64,000 nucleotides of DNA from Octopus sinensis (lineage: Eukaryota): positions 4,092,001 to 4,156,000 of the forward strand of contig NC_043022.1 in NCBI RefSeq assembly GCF_006345805.1, in the 5' to 3' direction. How positions within the stretch are numbered: the stretch's first letter is position 1; each line of letters opens with the position of its first letter. Below, in pieces: positions 49,599 to 61,422 of this stretch. Made by a program: the position numbers and the translations under genes. The notes under the pieces are model-generated. The model ran no database searches and had not been told where the DNA came from. It saw only the letters and a program-made list of their open reading frames with translations.

Positions 49599-50139
49599 GG
49601 TTGGCGTGACGATACACATGTAACACAACCAAGCAGAAATGTAAACACTCGGTGGTCGGTCGTTCACCCGACAGTGGCTGGAGTAGAATCACGATCGATC
49701 TCTTATCGATATTTTAATTGTAAAAAAAAACCAGAACGGACACATTGGATAAATATTTACGGTCCGAAATGTCCAGAGGAATTTCTCTGATCAGAGGATA
49801 TACAACTGGCTGTCGCAGATGACCTAGGGTTAAAAACGACCACGGCGAGAGAGCTTCTTTGATCTATTGGAAATAACAGCAGACTCGACTTCAATTCACA
49901 TCCTGCTGCCTGAAAATAAAGGATATCCTTCGAAGTCCCACAACTCTTGGGGAAAGGAAAAAGGGTATTTTTTCCTTCTCCAAAATTTTTTTTAAAAACT
50001 ATTCTTGTGTCTCATACAACGGAAATTATGATTCGGAAATCCGCCACCCTCACAACTTCTGTACTCTCTTGCTTTCCCATGACGTATGGGACTTCGAAGG
50101 ATAACTATTCCATTTATAAAACTTCGCCAGAAGAAGAAT

Positions 50140-50299
50140 AGGAGTGGCTGTGTGGTAAGTAGCTTGCTAACCAACCACATGGTTCCGGGCTCAGTCCCAC
50201 TGCATGGCATCTTGGGCAAGTGTCTTCTGCTATAGCCCCGGGCCGACCAATGCCTTGTGAGTGGATTTGGTAGACGGAAACTGAAAGAAGCCTGTCGTA

Positions 50300-50364
<65 letters not shown>

Positions 50365-50558
50365 TTGTGTTTGTCCCCCTAGCATTGCTTGACAAACGAT
50401 GCTGGTGTGTTTACGTCCCCGTCACTTAGCGGTTCGGCAAAAGACACCGATAGAATAAGTACTGGGCTTACAAAGAATAAGTCCCGGGGTGAGTTGCTCG
50501 ATTAAAGGCGGTGCTCCAGCATGGCCGCAGTCAAATGACTGAAACAAGTAAAAGAGTA
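50140..50558 (+). mobile_element. SINE family B, full length
   Basis: Head-to-tail match with a short TSD AAGAATA. Other copies or fragments are at about 1620-1780, 10740-10920, 19640-19740, 48540-48700 and 57783-58165. Confidence 0.9.
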
Positions 50559-50901
50559 AGAATATAGTGACCGGAATATAAAGTAAAACGCAAAAAAAAT
50601 GATGGTCACGTTTGGAGTGGTTAAGCGATGACAAACTCAACCAGTCGGTCTGTAACAATTTTAGTCACAACACCCAACGACGATGGCATGGCTGGAATGT
50701 CTGCAGCTAACTTCTCCTTCACCGACCTTCGGACTCCTATTTTGTCCCTTCCAAATCAGCAACTTTAATTACTGTGGATTAATAATGCCAGTTTAATGAA
50801 TGAAGTAGGCGTAAGCGTGGCTGAGTGGTCAAAAGTTAGCTTCCCGACCACAGGGCTCCGAGTTCAGTCCCACTGCATGATAGCTTGGGCAAGTGTCTTT
50901 T

Positions 50902-51046
50902 GCCGAGGTCGACTTTACCTTTCATCCCTTCGGGGTCGATAAATTAAGTACCAGTTACGCACTGGGGTCGATATAATTGACTTAATCCATTTGTCTGTCC
51001 TTGTGTGTCCCCTCTATGTTTAGCCCCTTGTGGGCAATAAAGAAAT
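50902..51046 (+). mobile_element. 5'-truncated SINE-A nested in a SINE-B copy (about 50810-51180)
   Basis: 11-bp TSD AAGTGTCTTTT at 50891-50901 and 51047-51057. Confidence 0.85.
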
Positions 51047-51550
51047 AAGTGTCTTTTACTGTAGCCCCAATCAAAGCCCTGTATGTGGAGTCGGTAGACA
51101 GAAACTGAAAGAAGGCCCTTTCGGTTAATATTCTTCGAGGCAGTGCTCCAGTATGGCCACAGTCTAATAACTGAAAGGAGTAAAAACAAAAACAAAAAGA
51201 AAGAAATGATAACGGAAGTCGACAAGAAGTGGGGGGGCGGGGCGGAGCCCAGCGCACAGAAATAGAATCACGCGCACACGCATACGTTTGTGTATACAAA
51301 ACGGGAGTGGACATATAGTCACGCAAGTTCGCCTGGCTTCCAAGATAAAAGTACCCCTAAACAAAACAAACTTAATACGTGTACACACACACCTCCGTTG
51401 CAAAGGATATAACATTTAATCACTTAATCCATAATCGTCGGTTCGACAAAATGCACTTTGTCGAACAAACGATTACGAATTAAACGTTTAATCTGAGTTT
51501 TTCTATTCTAAGTGGTCGGACATTGCTTCCTTGAACTTCTCAACTCATCC

Positions 51551-51619
<69 letters not shown>

Positions 51620-51630
51620 TACACACACAC
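51551..51630. repeat. Compound microsatellite (TA)n-(GA)n-(CA)n
   Basis: Read directly. Many other (CA)n, (TA)n, (GA)n, (AAT)n and (CAC)n tracts occur, densest in 40-48 kb. Confidence 0.95.
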
Positions 51631-51904
51631 TGCCATATTTTCTTCCGTAACTGTCAACTCTGAAGAGCGTAGGGTTATATAATTGGGCTGTTACCTAACA
51701 TCCCGTCGAAACCCTAGTGCGAAACTGATTGCTAAGATCGGCTGTAATGGATATAGGATACTGTACACTTTGATTAGTATATCCGTGCGTGTGTGTAGAA
51801 AGCAATATGTGTGTGTTCATCAATCGCTCTTTTAAATAAAAAGAATTTCTAAAATTACAGTGAAGGCAATAATAATAATAATAATTGTTATTATTTTTAT
51901 TATT

Positions 51905-52125
51905 ATTTCAAATTTTTGCCACAAGGGCAGCTTATGGGAGGTAGGGACGAGTCGATTACATTGACTGCCCCCTCTACCCCGTTCAACTGGTATTTATTTT
52001 ATCGACCCCGAAAGGATGAAAAGCAAAGTCGATGTCGGTGGAATTTGATCTCAGAACGTAAAGACGGACGAAATGCCGCTAAGCATTTCGTCCAGCGTGC
52101 TAACGATTCTGCCAGTTCGCCTCAA
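51905..52125 (-). mobile_element. SINE family A with (ATT)n tail
   Basis: Reverse-complement match to the family-A head and core. Other degenerate minus-strand copies are at about 10253-10400, 14300-14600, 18375-18610, 20005-20200, 22135-22305, 23560-23910 and 31340-31450. Confidence 0.8.
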
Positions 52126-52320
52126 TAATAATAATAATAATAATAATAATAATTTGTTCTTTTATTGGCCACAAGGGCTGATAAAAATTAATTATAACAT
52201 AAAGGGACAAAACAGGACGAAAGGTTACATACAAAGGGTTTTGTCCGTTTGTAAAATCGAGTAAAAAAACAGTTTAACAAAACGAAAAAATTCCCCCGGC
52301 AAATAGAACTAAATATATTT

Positions 52321-52920
52321 GCAGGTGGCAGAATCGTTAGCATACCTGATGAAATGCTTAGCGGTATTTCGTCTGCGTTACATTGTGAGTTCAAATTCCG
52401 CCAAGGTCGACTTTGCCTTTCATCCTTTCGGGGTCGATAAATTAAGTACCAGTTACGCACTGGGGTCGATCTAATCGACTTAATACCTATGTCTGTCCTT
52501 GTTTGTCCCATCTATGTTTTGCCCCTTGTGGGTAGTAAAGAAATAGGTATTTCGTCTGCCGTTATGTTCTGAGTTCGAATTCTGCCGAGGTCGACTTTGC
52601 CTTTCATCCTTTCGGGGTCGATAAATTAAGTACCAGTAACGCACTGGGGTCGATGTAATCGACTTAATACCTATGTCTGTCCTTGTTTGTTCCCTCTGTG
52701 TTTAGCCCCTTGTGGGTAGTAAAGAAATAGGTATTTCGTCTGCTGCTACGTTCTGAGTTCGAATTCTGCCGAGGTCGACTTTGCCTTTCATCCTTTCGGG
52801 GTCGATAAATTAAGTACCAGTTACACACTGGGGTCGATGTAATCGACTTAATCCCTTTGTCTGTCCTTGTTTGTCCCCTCTATGTTTATAGCCCCTTGTG
52901 GGTAGTAAAGAAATAGGTAT
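52321..52920 (+). mobile_element. SINE family A head-to-tail trimer (one full copy plus two headless ~184-bp units)
   Basis: Units restart at GGTATTTCG at 52546 and 52730, and the array ends AAATAGGTAT. Confidence 0.9.
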
Positions 52921-53498
52921 GAAGTGATCCGAGGTCCTGGTGACTTGACTACAACCAGTTTAACAGCGAAAGACGCCGATTCGATGAAGAAGAGGCAGGA
53001 GAGAAAGAAAAAAGAAAAGCAAAAGAAAAGAAAAGAAAGACGAGTGGTGGGGGAGGAGGGGGAAGGGGGGGGGGAGAAAAACGAAAAAAAAAAAAAAAAT
53101 TGAGAGAGAGGAGTTGAAAAGCGACCAAACATTGAAATGAACAGGAAACGAAAGGCAGAAATGTAAGATTGACAAAAATACACATTAAAAGAAGCATCTA
53201 TTTTCGGATTTACACGTTTATTCCACTTCACTGAACTTTCGGAGTTTAATCTCTTACCTCGTTCCTCCCCCCCTCTTGCCTTCTTCAACCCTTCTTCGTA
53301 AGAGACAGAGACAGGCGGAGAGAGAGAGAAAGAGAGAGACACACGTTATATATATATATATATACATACATACATACACACGCTAATCAATTAATTAGGT
53401 TCTGTGAAGCTTATGTAGTGGAAACAAATAAGCTGTTAGCACCAATAACAGTTAAAACAAGAAAATTAACAAGGCAAACCCGTTCGCTCAACCTCAAA

Positions 53499-53508
53499 CC
53501 GCCATCTT
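53499..53508 (-). promoter_or_regulatory. YY1/Pho consensus site (AAGATGGCGG on the minus strand) in a CpG-richer patch
   Basis: Exact match to CCGCCATCTT. Function is not shown. Confidence 0.35.
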
Positions 53509-54241
53509 CCTACCACTCCCGGAACGTTTTGCTTGGAGAACGATGAGGGGTGGGGGTGGCGGCGACGACGAATGGGGTGTAGTGGTGGTGGTGGTGGCGG
53601 TGGCTGCGGGGACGAGGCGGAATGGCTGAGAATTAGAGTAAATTAACAGCGAGGAACAACCTCATTTACCGACTGATCAAACCAATACTCAGTCACTCTC
53701 CCCCCCCCGCTCTCTCTCTCCCTTTCCCCTCTTGATATGATACCAGCAGCAGCAGCAAGCCCTCCTCCCCCCACCCTCTCTACCATCCAACCATCATCCT
53801 CCACCGTTGACAATTGCTACAGATGTTTTTGTACACAAACCCTGCTATCAGTCTTTTAATCCTGTGTTGAATATTCTCTAATATTGATTTCTTTCAACAC
53901 ATATCCTCTAAACACACACACACGCACCGTCTTTCGTGAAAACCTCCGCTTCTTTCCCTCCAGCACTTGGCTTTCGTCGCTCTCCCTCGTCTTCAAAAAC
54001 CTATCGCTTCCAACAAAGCTTTCTTTTCTCCTCTGCACCGATTTCGTGTGTATGTGTGTGTGTGTGTGTTGTGTGAACTACCAGCGAGGAAAAAAGCCTA
54101 TAGACATTTAGTTCCAAAAGGAAATGAAATCGAGTTGGATAATTTCCTTAATTTTAAACAGTTACAGATCACAAACTAAGAGTGTGTTGTGCATATTATG
54201 AGGGAGGAAGGGAGAGAAAGACACTGTGTGTGTGTGTGTTT

Positions 54242-54279
<38 letters not shown>

Positions 54280-56086
54280 CAGACAGACAGACACAGAGAG
54301 CGACTAGGTTTGATTGCTAGTTACAAAGTTACAAATCTCATAATTACTCTAAGATTCAATGAAATGCCAGACTGGAAAACAAGACTCCCAGTTCTCTGCC
54401 AACAACAAGAACCAACCAGCTAAGCCCTTACTAAACTCTCCAAATATTGTTATTCATCTGAACATTACAGATCTCTCCCTCGTAATAAACGAGGTTATTA
54501 TTCATTCAGGAGATCCACAACCAATAGCCTAAATCGCCCCCCCCCCCCACCGACCGCGACCCCTATAACCTTTAACCTAGCAGTGTTAGGCAATCAGTCG
54601 TCCTTGTTTTACTATTATTCGGTTGTCTTCCATTGCAAGCCATTCCCCGGCGAAGGTGGCTGAGTCTTTCGCAGACGGCATCGACTTGCTTGCTGGAGGC
54701 CGACAAATACAGGGGAATAAATATAGTCTCAGTTGTAGACCTTTGCAACTAACAGCTAATTCAACTTCGCCACTACACATATGCCCAATAAAATTCTTTA
54801 TCCGCACAATATAAGTTAATCAAAAAGCCATAAAGCCATTCTTTTCGGCTGGGTTTTACGACCAGTTTTGAGCTGAATACAATTTCTTTAATACAATTCA
54901 AACTCGGCCTCGTAAAATATGCATCAATACATTGGGGGTGGGGTGGGGGGAGATGCGGCGGAGGAGGAAGAGAAGGCGGTGGAGGTGTTGGAGGAAGCGA
55001 GAGGCTGGTGGGAAAGAAATACGTAATATTCATGGAGAATATTATTCCCCTATTTCTGTATTTTCTTTCAACGTTTATTTATTTATATTGGCTCAAAGTG
55101 GAACAACAGAATTAAAACCTAACCACCAGCACATATCTATATCTATATCTATAACTATATATATATATATATATATATCAGTGAACTGTTCACACCCAAC
55201 TTTGTAATTTCTTATATGTCTTGAGAAAGAGAGAGACAGGGGGTGAGAGAGCGTTAAAATAATTAGTGTTTGTGGTTTGAGATCGTGGAGTGGACTTGTA
55301 TATTAATTCACAGTGGGAAAGTAATCCTAAGACCAACAGCACAGCACTGACTGAAGCTACTGTGAACTGTTTGATCTTGTGCGAGAGTCTCTGAGAAACT
55401 TGTTTAGCCAGGGCAGAAACAGAACAGAAACGGTTATCGGGTACAAATGTGTACTTTACTACACAGACTTTTATAGCGATTGCCTGACAATTGTTCGGTG
55501 TCTGTAGCAGCAAATGGCTGTACTTGGAACAGTTCTTCACCAAAAAGTTTTGCATTTTTTTTTTTTGTTCCTCGTCAGTTTTTTTGGCAAAATGACAAAG
55601 CAGTTCTGATTCCAAGGTTAACCAAATTACTTCTTCAGTTTCCTTTCCTGGTTCCATTCTGTGAGGATAAATAAAAGCCATTGCAGAAACTCGCAGCTCC
55701 CGAACATACCGCCTTAACCCTGAGCAAAAGCACCCCATTGTGCAAGTTTGGTGCTTAGAGGTCCTCAATTGTTCAACAGCTTACCTAAGCAAGTCAGAAA
55801 TTTAAAAAGGACCTTTACATTAAACGAAAACATTGGATAAACTAACGATGGTACCAGACTCGGAGAAGATGACCAGCTACAGACTCAAACACAGACCCAC
55901 TTCCTGCCACAAAGTGACAACAAAACTAATAGGATATAAGTTCAAGTGGTGCTCCAGCATAGCTGAAACCATTAAAAGAACCTGGATCAATTGATAGTGT
56001 GTGTGTGTGTGTGAGTTACACCTGAGTCACATAAGAATTAGGAAGCGTAAACAGAGACAGAACATTACTTTACACATTACACTAAC

Positions 56087-56476
56087 TGGTGGAAGCACTC
56101 CATCGGCTATGACGACAAGGGTTCCGGTTGATCCGAATCAACGGAACAGCCCGCTCGTGAAATTAACGTGAAAGTGGCTGAGCACTCCACAGACACGTGT
56201 ACCCTTAACGTAGTTCTCGGGGATATTCAGCGTGACACAGAGAGTGACAAAGCCGGCCCCTTGAAATACAGGTACAACAGAAACAGGAAGTAAGAGTGAG
56301 AGAAAGTTGTGGTGAAAGAGTACAGCAGGGATCACCACCATCCCCTGCCGGAGCCTCGTGGAGCTTTTAGGTGTTTTCGCTCAATAAACACTCACAACGC
56401 CCGGTCTGGGAATCGAAACCGCGATCCTATGACCGCGAGTCCGCTGTCATAACCACTGGGCCATTGAGCCTCCACT
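56087..56476 (-). mobile_element. SINE family C, full length
   Basis: TSD ATTAYACTAAC at 56076-56086 and 56477-56487. Confidence 0.9.
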
Positions 56477-56863
56477 ATTATACTAACAACAACAACATAA
56501 AAAGAAGACGGACATTAACAAAATGGCTACCCCCACCTCTCCTAACACTGTTGCTGCTTCTACACAATGTACTTGGTTTCTCCATGCTTTAACCCAGGAG
56601 TTCTCAATTGGGCTCCATATGGCCCTTCAAGGGTCACATAACATTTCACTGTTAAAGTTTATGAGCAATAAGATCACTTATACTTCTCCGACACACAAAA
56701 TATGTGAACAGCTTTTTTTTTTATTCAATTCCTTATAATATTTAAATATAAAAATATAATGGGACTTTTTTTTTAAAAAAACATTAAATGTTTACTAGGG
56801 TCCAGTAAAATAAGAGCCAAAGGGGTCAATAGGTGAAAAAAAAATGGTCGAGAACCACTGCTT

Positions 56864-57008
56864 GAACCCTTCAAATATATTGTTTTCAATTGATCCTGCA
56901 TCATCTGATAGTTTTGACATTTCAATGATATGATTGTTTATTTTTAAAATGACATTGTAGGCTAAGTGCAAGAGGCTGGATCTGGCCAGTTAAAAAGCTA
57001 AAAGGTTA
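56864..57008. mobile_element. Degenerate family-F MITE
   Basis: TGACATTGTAGG...GAGGCTGGATCTGGCCAGTT...AAAAGGTTA. Confidence 0.55.
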
Positions 57009-57557
57009 CAGAATTACCAATCAATGTATACCCATATTTAGTTTCAGGCAAGCCCTAGATTCAGCAGTTCCATGGTCACACAAGCATGTTCTAATGTTTA
57101 CCCAAGACAATACACCCAAGAATCTCATTAGCTAAAGAGTCTCTATTTGATAAGAGAGCAAGGTGTGATTTGAGTGAAATCTGGCTGCTGTTTCTAACAA
57201 ATGACCAAGTAGGAGCCGAAGCTACCTTGCAGTCAACGTTGAGGACAAAGAAGCGAACGTTTGAAGTTTGTCTTAGAAACTTCCGATGCTTAGAGAAAGA
57301 ACCAGACTGGAACAGACTAAAAGCAGGGAGACTCACGTGCAACGCCCCCCCCCCGCCAATCCCTGAAGCGTCAAAACAAATTTTGGTTAAATCATAAAAG
57401 ATGAGATTTTTATTAACACATTCCAGTGTGAAGCAAGTAAAATTTATTTGCACAAAATCCTTAAATTAATATAAGTACATCCCACCATACAAAAAAAACC
57501 AAACCCCCCAAAAAAACAACCTTGCATTATTTACAAGATTGCTATCATCATCATCGT

Positions 57558-57740
57558 ATTTCGTCTGCTGTTACGTTCTGAGTTCAAATTCTGCCGAGGT
57601 AGACTTTGCCTTTCATCTTCTCGGGGTCGATAAATAAAGTACCAGTTTCGCACTGGGGTTGATATAATCGACTTAATCCCTTTGTCTGTCCTTGTTTGTC
57701 CCCTCTATGTTTAGCCCCTTGTGGGTAGTATAAAAGAAAT
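57558..57740 (+). mobile_element. 5'-truncated SINE family A
   Basis: Core and tail match. It starts at GTATTTCGTCTG, the same point as the trimer units. Further plus-strand copies are at about 27140-27310, 27775-27975 and 60617-60815. Confidence 0.8.
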
Positions 57741-59647
57741 ATATAATCATCATCGTCGACAACAGTGTTTTAATTAGGTTTAGGCATGGCTGTGTGGTTA
57801 GAAGTTTGTTTCCCGACCACATGGTTCTGGGTTCAGTCCCACTGTGTGGCATCTGCATCAAGACCAGTCAACCAAAGCCTTGTGAGTGGATTTAGCAGAT
57901 AGAAACTAAAAGAAACCGTCCACAAATATATATACGTGTGTATATCTTTTTGATTGTGTTTATCCCCACCACTACTTGACAACCCGTGTTGGTTTGTTTA
58001 CATCCCTGCAACACAGCAGCTTGGCAGAAAGGGAGCGATAGAATAGGTACCAGGTTTTAAAATATAATAAACACTGGCGTTAATTTCTTCAACTAAAAAT
58101 TCTTCAAGGTGGTGCCCCAGCATGGCCGCAGTCTAATGGCTGAATCAGGCGAAGGATAAAAAAACAAAAGATTACAGATAGCCTCAGAGTACTGCACCAA
58201 CAAAATTTAATTATAATTGATACATTTATTGTAGATTATTCTGGAAAAACTGTCTATTTATGTTGACAGACTGTCCTTTCTAAACTGCTTTGAACCCAGA
58301 GTGCAGCAGTAGAGTCCATTGTGCTATGAGAATGTGAATTTAATATTCATGCCATTCAGCCTGATCAGAGATGTAGAGGAGACGCACAGACAGACGGTAT
58401 GAATTATTCAGTATCTGAGAAGAGAATGTAACCCGGCAAGTCCAGTGAAGCACAGCAGAACTGTAACTTTTGACACACGGTTCATAAATAGCAGCCCAAT
58501 TCACTGCTATGGTGTCAGCAGTTTAATGAACTGGCATTGAAAATTACTTGCCAACACCAGATCAATTAATAGGTAGATCACGGTGGCCGGCTTAAAACCA
58601 GAAGAATCTTAACACAAGAAAAACAAAAACTTCTTTGTTAATGTTATCTTAACAGTAATTGGTAATTAACAGAGCGACTTATAATTACGCGGTGAATTAT
58701 TGACTTATTATATATAATAATCCAACAATAACCGCTATCTTTTTACTAACTCTGCCGCTGTCGTCGGCATTTGTTTCCATTATGAGTGGCTACAATTCAC
58801 AACGCTGCCAATCCCAACTACTTTACAGAAAACAGAAAGTCAATAAAATTTGATACAAGCAAAGCTAATTACCAAAACAAGACTACAATGAAATGTTGGC
58901 TGGGAACAACCATTTTGATGATTGCTTTGGCCACAAAAGAGCCATCTCGGAGAACATTAAGCACCAATAACTACAGAAAATTCCACCAACCACACACATA
59001 TATATATACATATACACACATGCATATACATACACACACACATATATATATATATCCATTGTCGGCATTGCTGCACGTGTCCTTGCTGTAGACAGAGAGA
59101 TCAAAGATTATTATTTTTTTTTTGTATTTTTGTTTTAACCATTGACAAAGCTGAACATTACAGAAAAGGAATGGAGAGAGGGGGAGGGAGGGAGAGAGGG
59201 GGAGAGGAAGGGCCAATTTGGCACCCCTGCTCATGGTTATGTAGGCAGCTAGATTCGAGGACAACCACCCTTAGCTCCGTTGAATCGTTTTTGTGCTCAG
59301 GTAAACAGAATGCTAAACTTCCAGACACATTTATGCAATAGAATTAAAGAATTGGGGGGAACCCCCCCCCAAAAAAAATTCACACTACTGAGTTGGTTTG
59401 GTGAAAAGATACAGTGGAGGGGTGGGGGGAAAGAAAAAGAAGACAAATCAAAGGTTGAATAAAAATGGGGGTATTTAGTGTATCAATAGATTTATTAGAA
59501 TTCAGAGAGTCATAAAATGGCCGACGGAACTAATTAACTGTGAAGCTAACGAGGACAAGAGATCAAGCATAAAAGAAAAATAGCTAGAAACATTGACATA
59601 GATACTTGGTTAATACATATATATACACACACACACAGGACGTATAT

Positions 59648-60590
59648 ATCATCATCATCATCATCATCATAATTAACGTCCGCTTTCCATGCTAGCATGG
59701 GTTGGACGGTTCAACTGGGTCTGGGGAGCCCGAAGCTGCACCAGTCCAGTCAGATCTGGCAGTGTTTCTACAGCTGGATGCCCTTCCTAACGCCAACACT
59801 CGAGAGGTAGTGGGTGATTTTATGTGCCACCGACACAGGTGACGACGGGCTGGCAAACGGCCACGCTCGGATGGTGTTTTATGTGCCACCGACACAGGTG
59901 CCAGACGAGGCTGGGACGGCCACGCTCGGATGGTGTTTTATGTGCCACCGACACAGGTGCCAGATGAGGCTGGCAAACGGCCACGATCGGATGGTGCTTG
60001 TTAACGTGCCCACAGCACGGAGGCCAGTCGATGCGGGTACTGGCTACGGCCACGTTCGGATGGTTTTATTGTGTGCCAGTGCCACCGGCACTGGTACCAC
60101 AAGATACAAATTCCATTGATGTTCATCTATTTTGATTTGTTTTGATTTGATTTTCACTTGCCTCAACAGGTCTTCACAAGTGTCACAAGAAGGAAGGTAT
60201 GCACAGGTGGACTGACTACGTCCCAGGTAGGGGCCATGGGTTATGGCCTGACTAGTCTTGCCGGGTCTTCGGATGGTGTTTTATGTGCCACCGACACAGG
60301 TGCTAGATGAGGCTGCGAACGGCCACGATCGGATGTGTGTTTGTCATGTGCACCGCATGACTACAGCACTGATGGATTTCTTGTGTGCCACAGGCACTGG
60401 TACCACAAGATACAAATTCCATTGATGTTCATCTATTTGTCTATTTTGATTTGATTGATTGATTTGATTGATTTGATTTTCACTTGCCTCAACCGGTCTG
60501 CACAAGTGTCACAGAAGGAAGGTATGCACAGGTGACTGACTAGTCTTGCCGGGTCTTCGGAAGGTGTTTTTATGTGCCACCGACATATAT
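59648..60590 (-). mobile_element. Long SINE family D copy with an internal ~58-bp tandem repeat and a duplicated block
   Basis: (ATC)n tail at 59648-59670. The unit GGATGGTGTTTTATGTGCCACCGACACAGGTG occurs about 5-6 times. Confidence 0.8.
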
Positions 60591-61195
60591 ATATATACAT
60601 ATACACACATATATATAGAAGGCGAGCTGGCAGAATTTTTAGCATGCTGGACAATATGCTTAGCAGCAGCATTCTGCTGAGGTCAACTTTGCATCCATCC
60701 TTTCAGGGTCAATAAAACAAGTACCAGCCAACCACTGGGGTCAATGTAATTGTCTTAGCCCCTAGCCCCCCCCACCCCCACCCGAAATTGCTGGCCTCGT
60801 GTCGAAATGTGAAACCAAGAAGACTTGTCAAGTTGAGAGAGATTGTAGTTACGGCCATTGCCAGTGTCCAGTAAATGGAACCCATGCCGGTGGCACATAG
60901 AAAGCACCCACTACACTCTTGGAGTGGTTGGCATGTTAGGAAGGGCATCCAGCTGTAGAAACCATGCCAAATCAGACAGGAACCTGGAGCAGCTCTCCAG
61001 CTTACCAGTTCCAGCCAAACTGCTTAATCCATAACGAAATGGAAAGCAGACGTTAAATGATGATGATGATCTATATCTATATACATATAAACACAAACAC
61101 ACACACACACACATCTCACAAAAAAGGATTAGAACAGGTAAAACACATTCCATTCCTTACATTTTTAGGATCTTTATTTGCATACTTAGCAGCTT

Positions 61196-61422
61196 TAACC
61201 CTTTTGTTACCAACTTGGCTGAAACCGGTTCTGGCTCTGTAGCACAAATGTCTGTTTTCAAAAGTTCTGAATTAAAATCTTCCACCAAACCTTAGTCACA
61301 ATTTATGTTCCTAACACTAGCTTAACGATAACTAAGTCATTTTACTAAATTCTTTTGTTATATCAAAAATAATTGAACGAAAAATAGAGCATCTTAAAAT
61401 AAATACAGTAATGAAAGGGTTA
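61196..61422. mobile_element. piggyBac-like MITE family E (full length)
   Basis: TTAACCCTTTTGTTACC ... GTAATGAAAGGGTTAA. Confidence 0.8.

Noticed and set aside
52321-52920. Regular repeat arrays (also 13501-14040 and 59810-60060) as CRISPR
   Set aside because: Eukaryotic context, no unique spacers and no cas genes.
54933-54950. G-rich tracts as G-quadruplexes (also about 27340, 35403 and 51233)
   Set aside because: Most have only three good G-runs, and such tracts are common; insufficient support.
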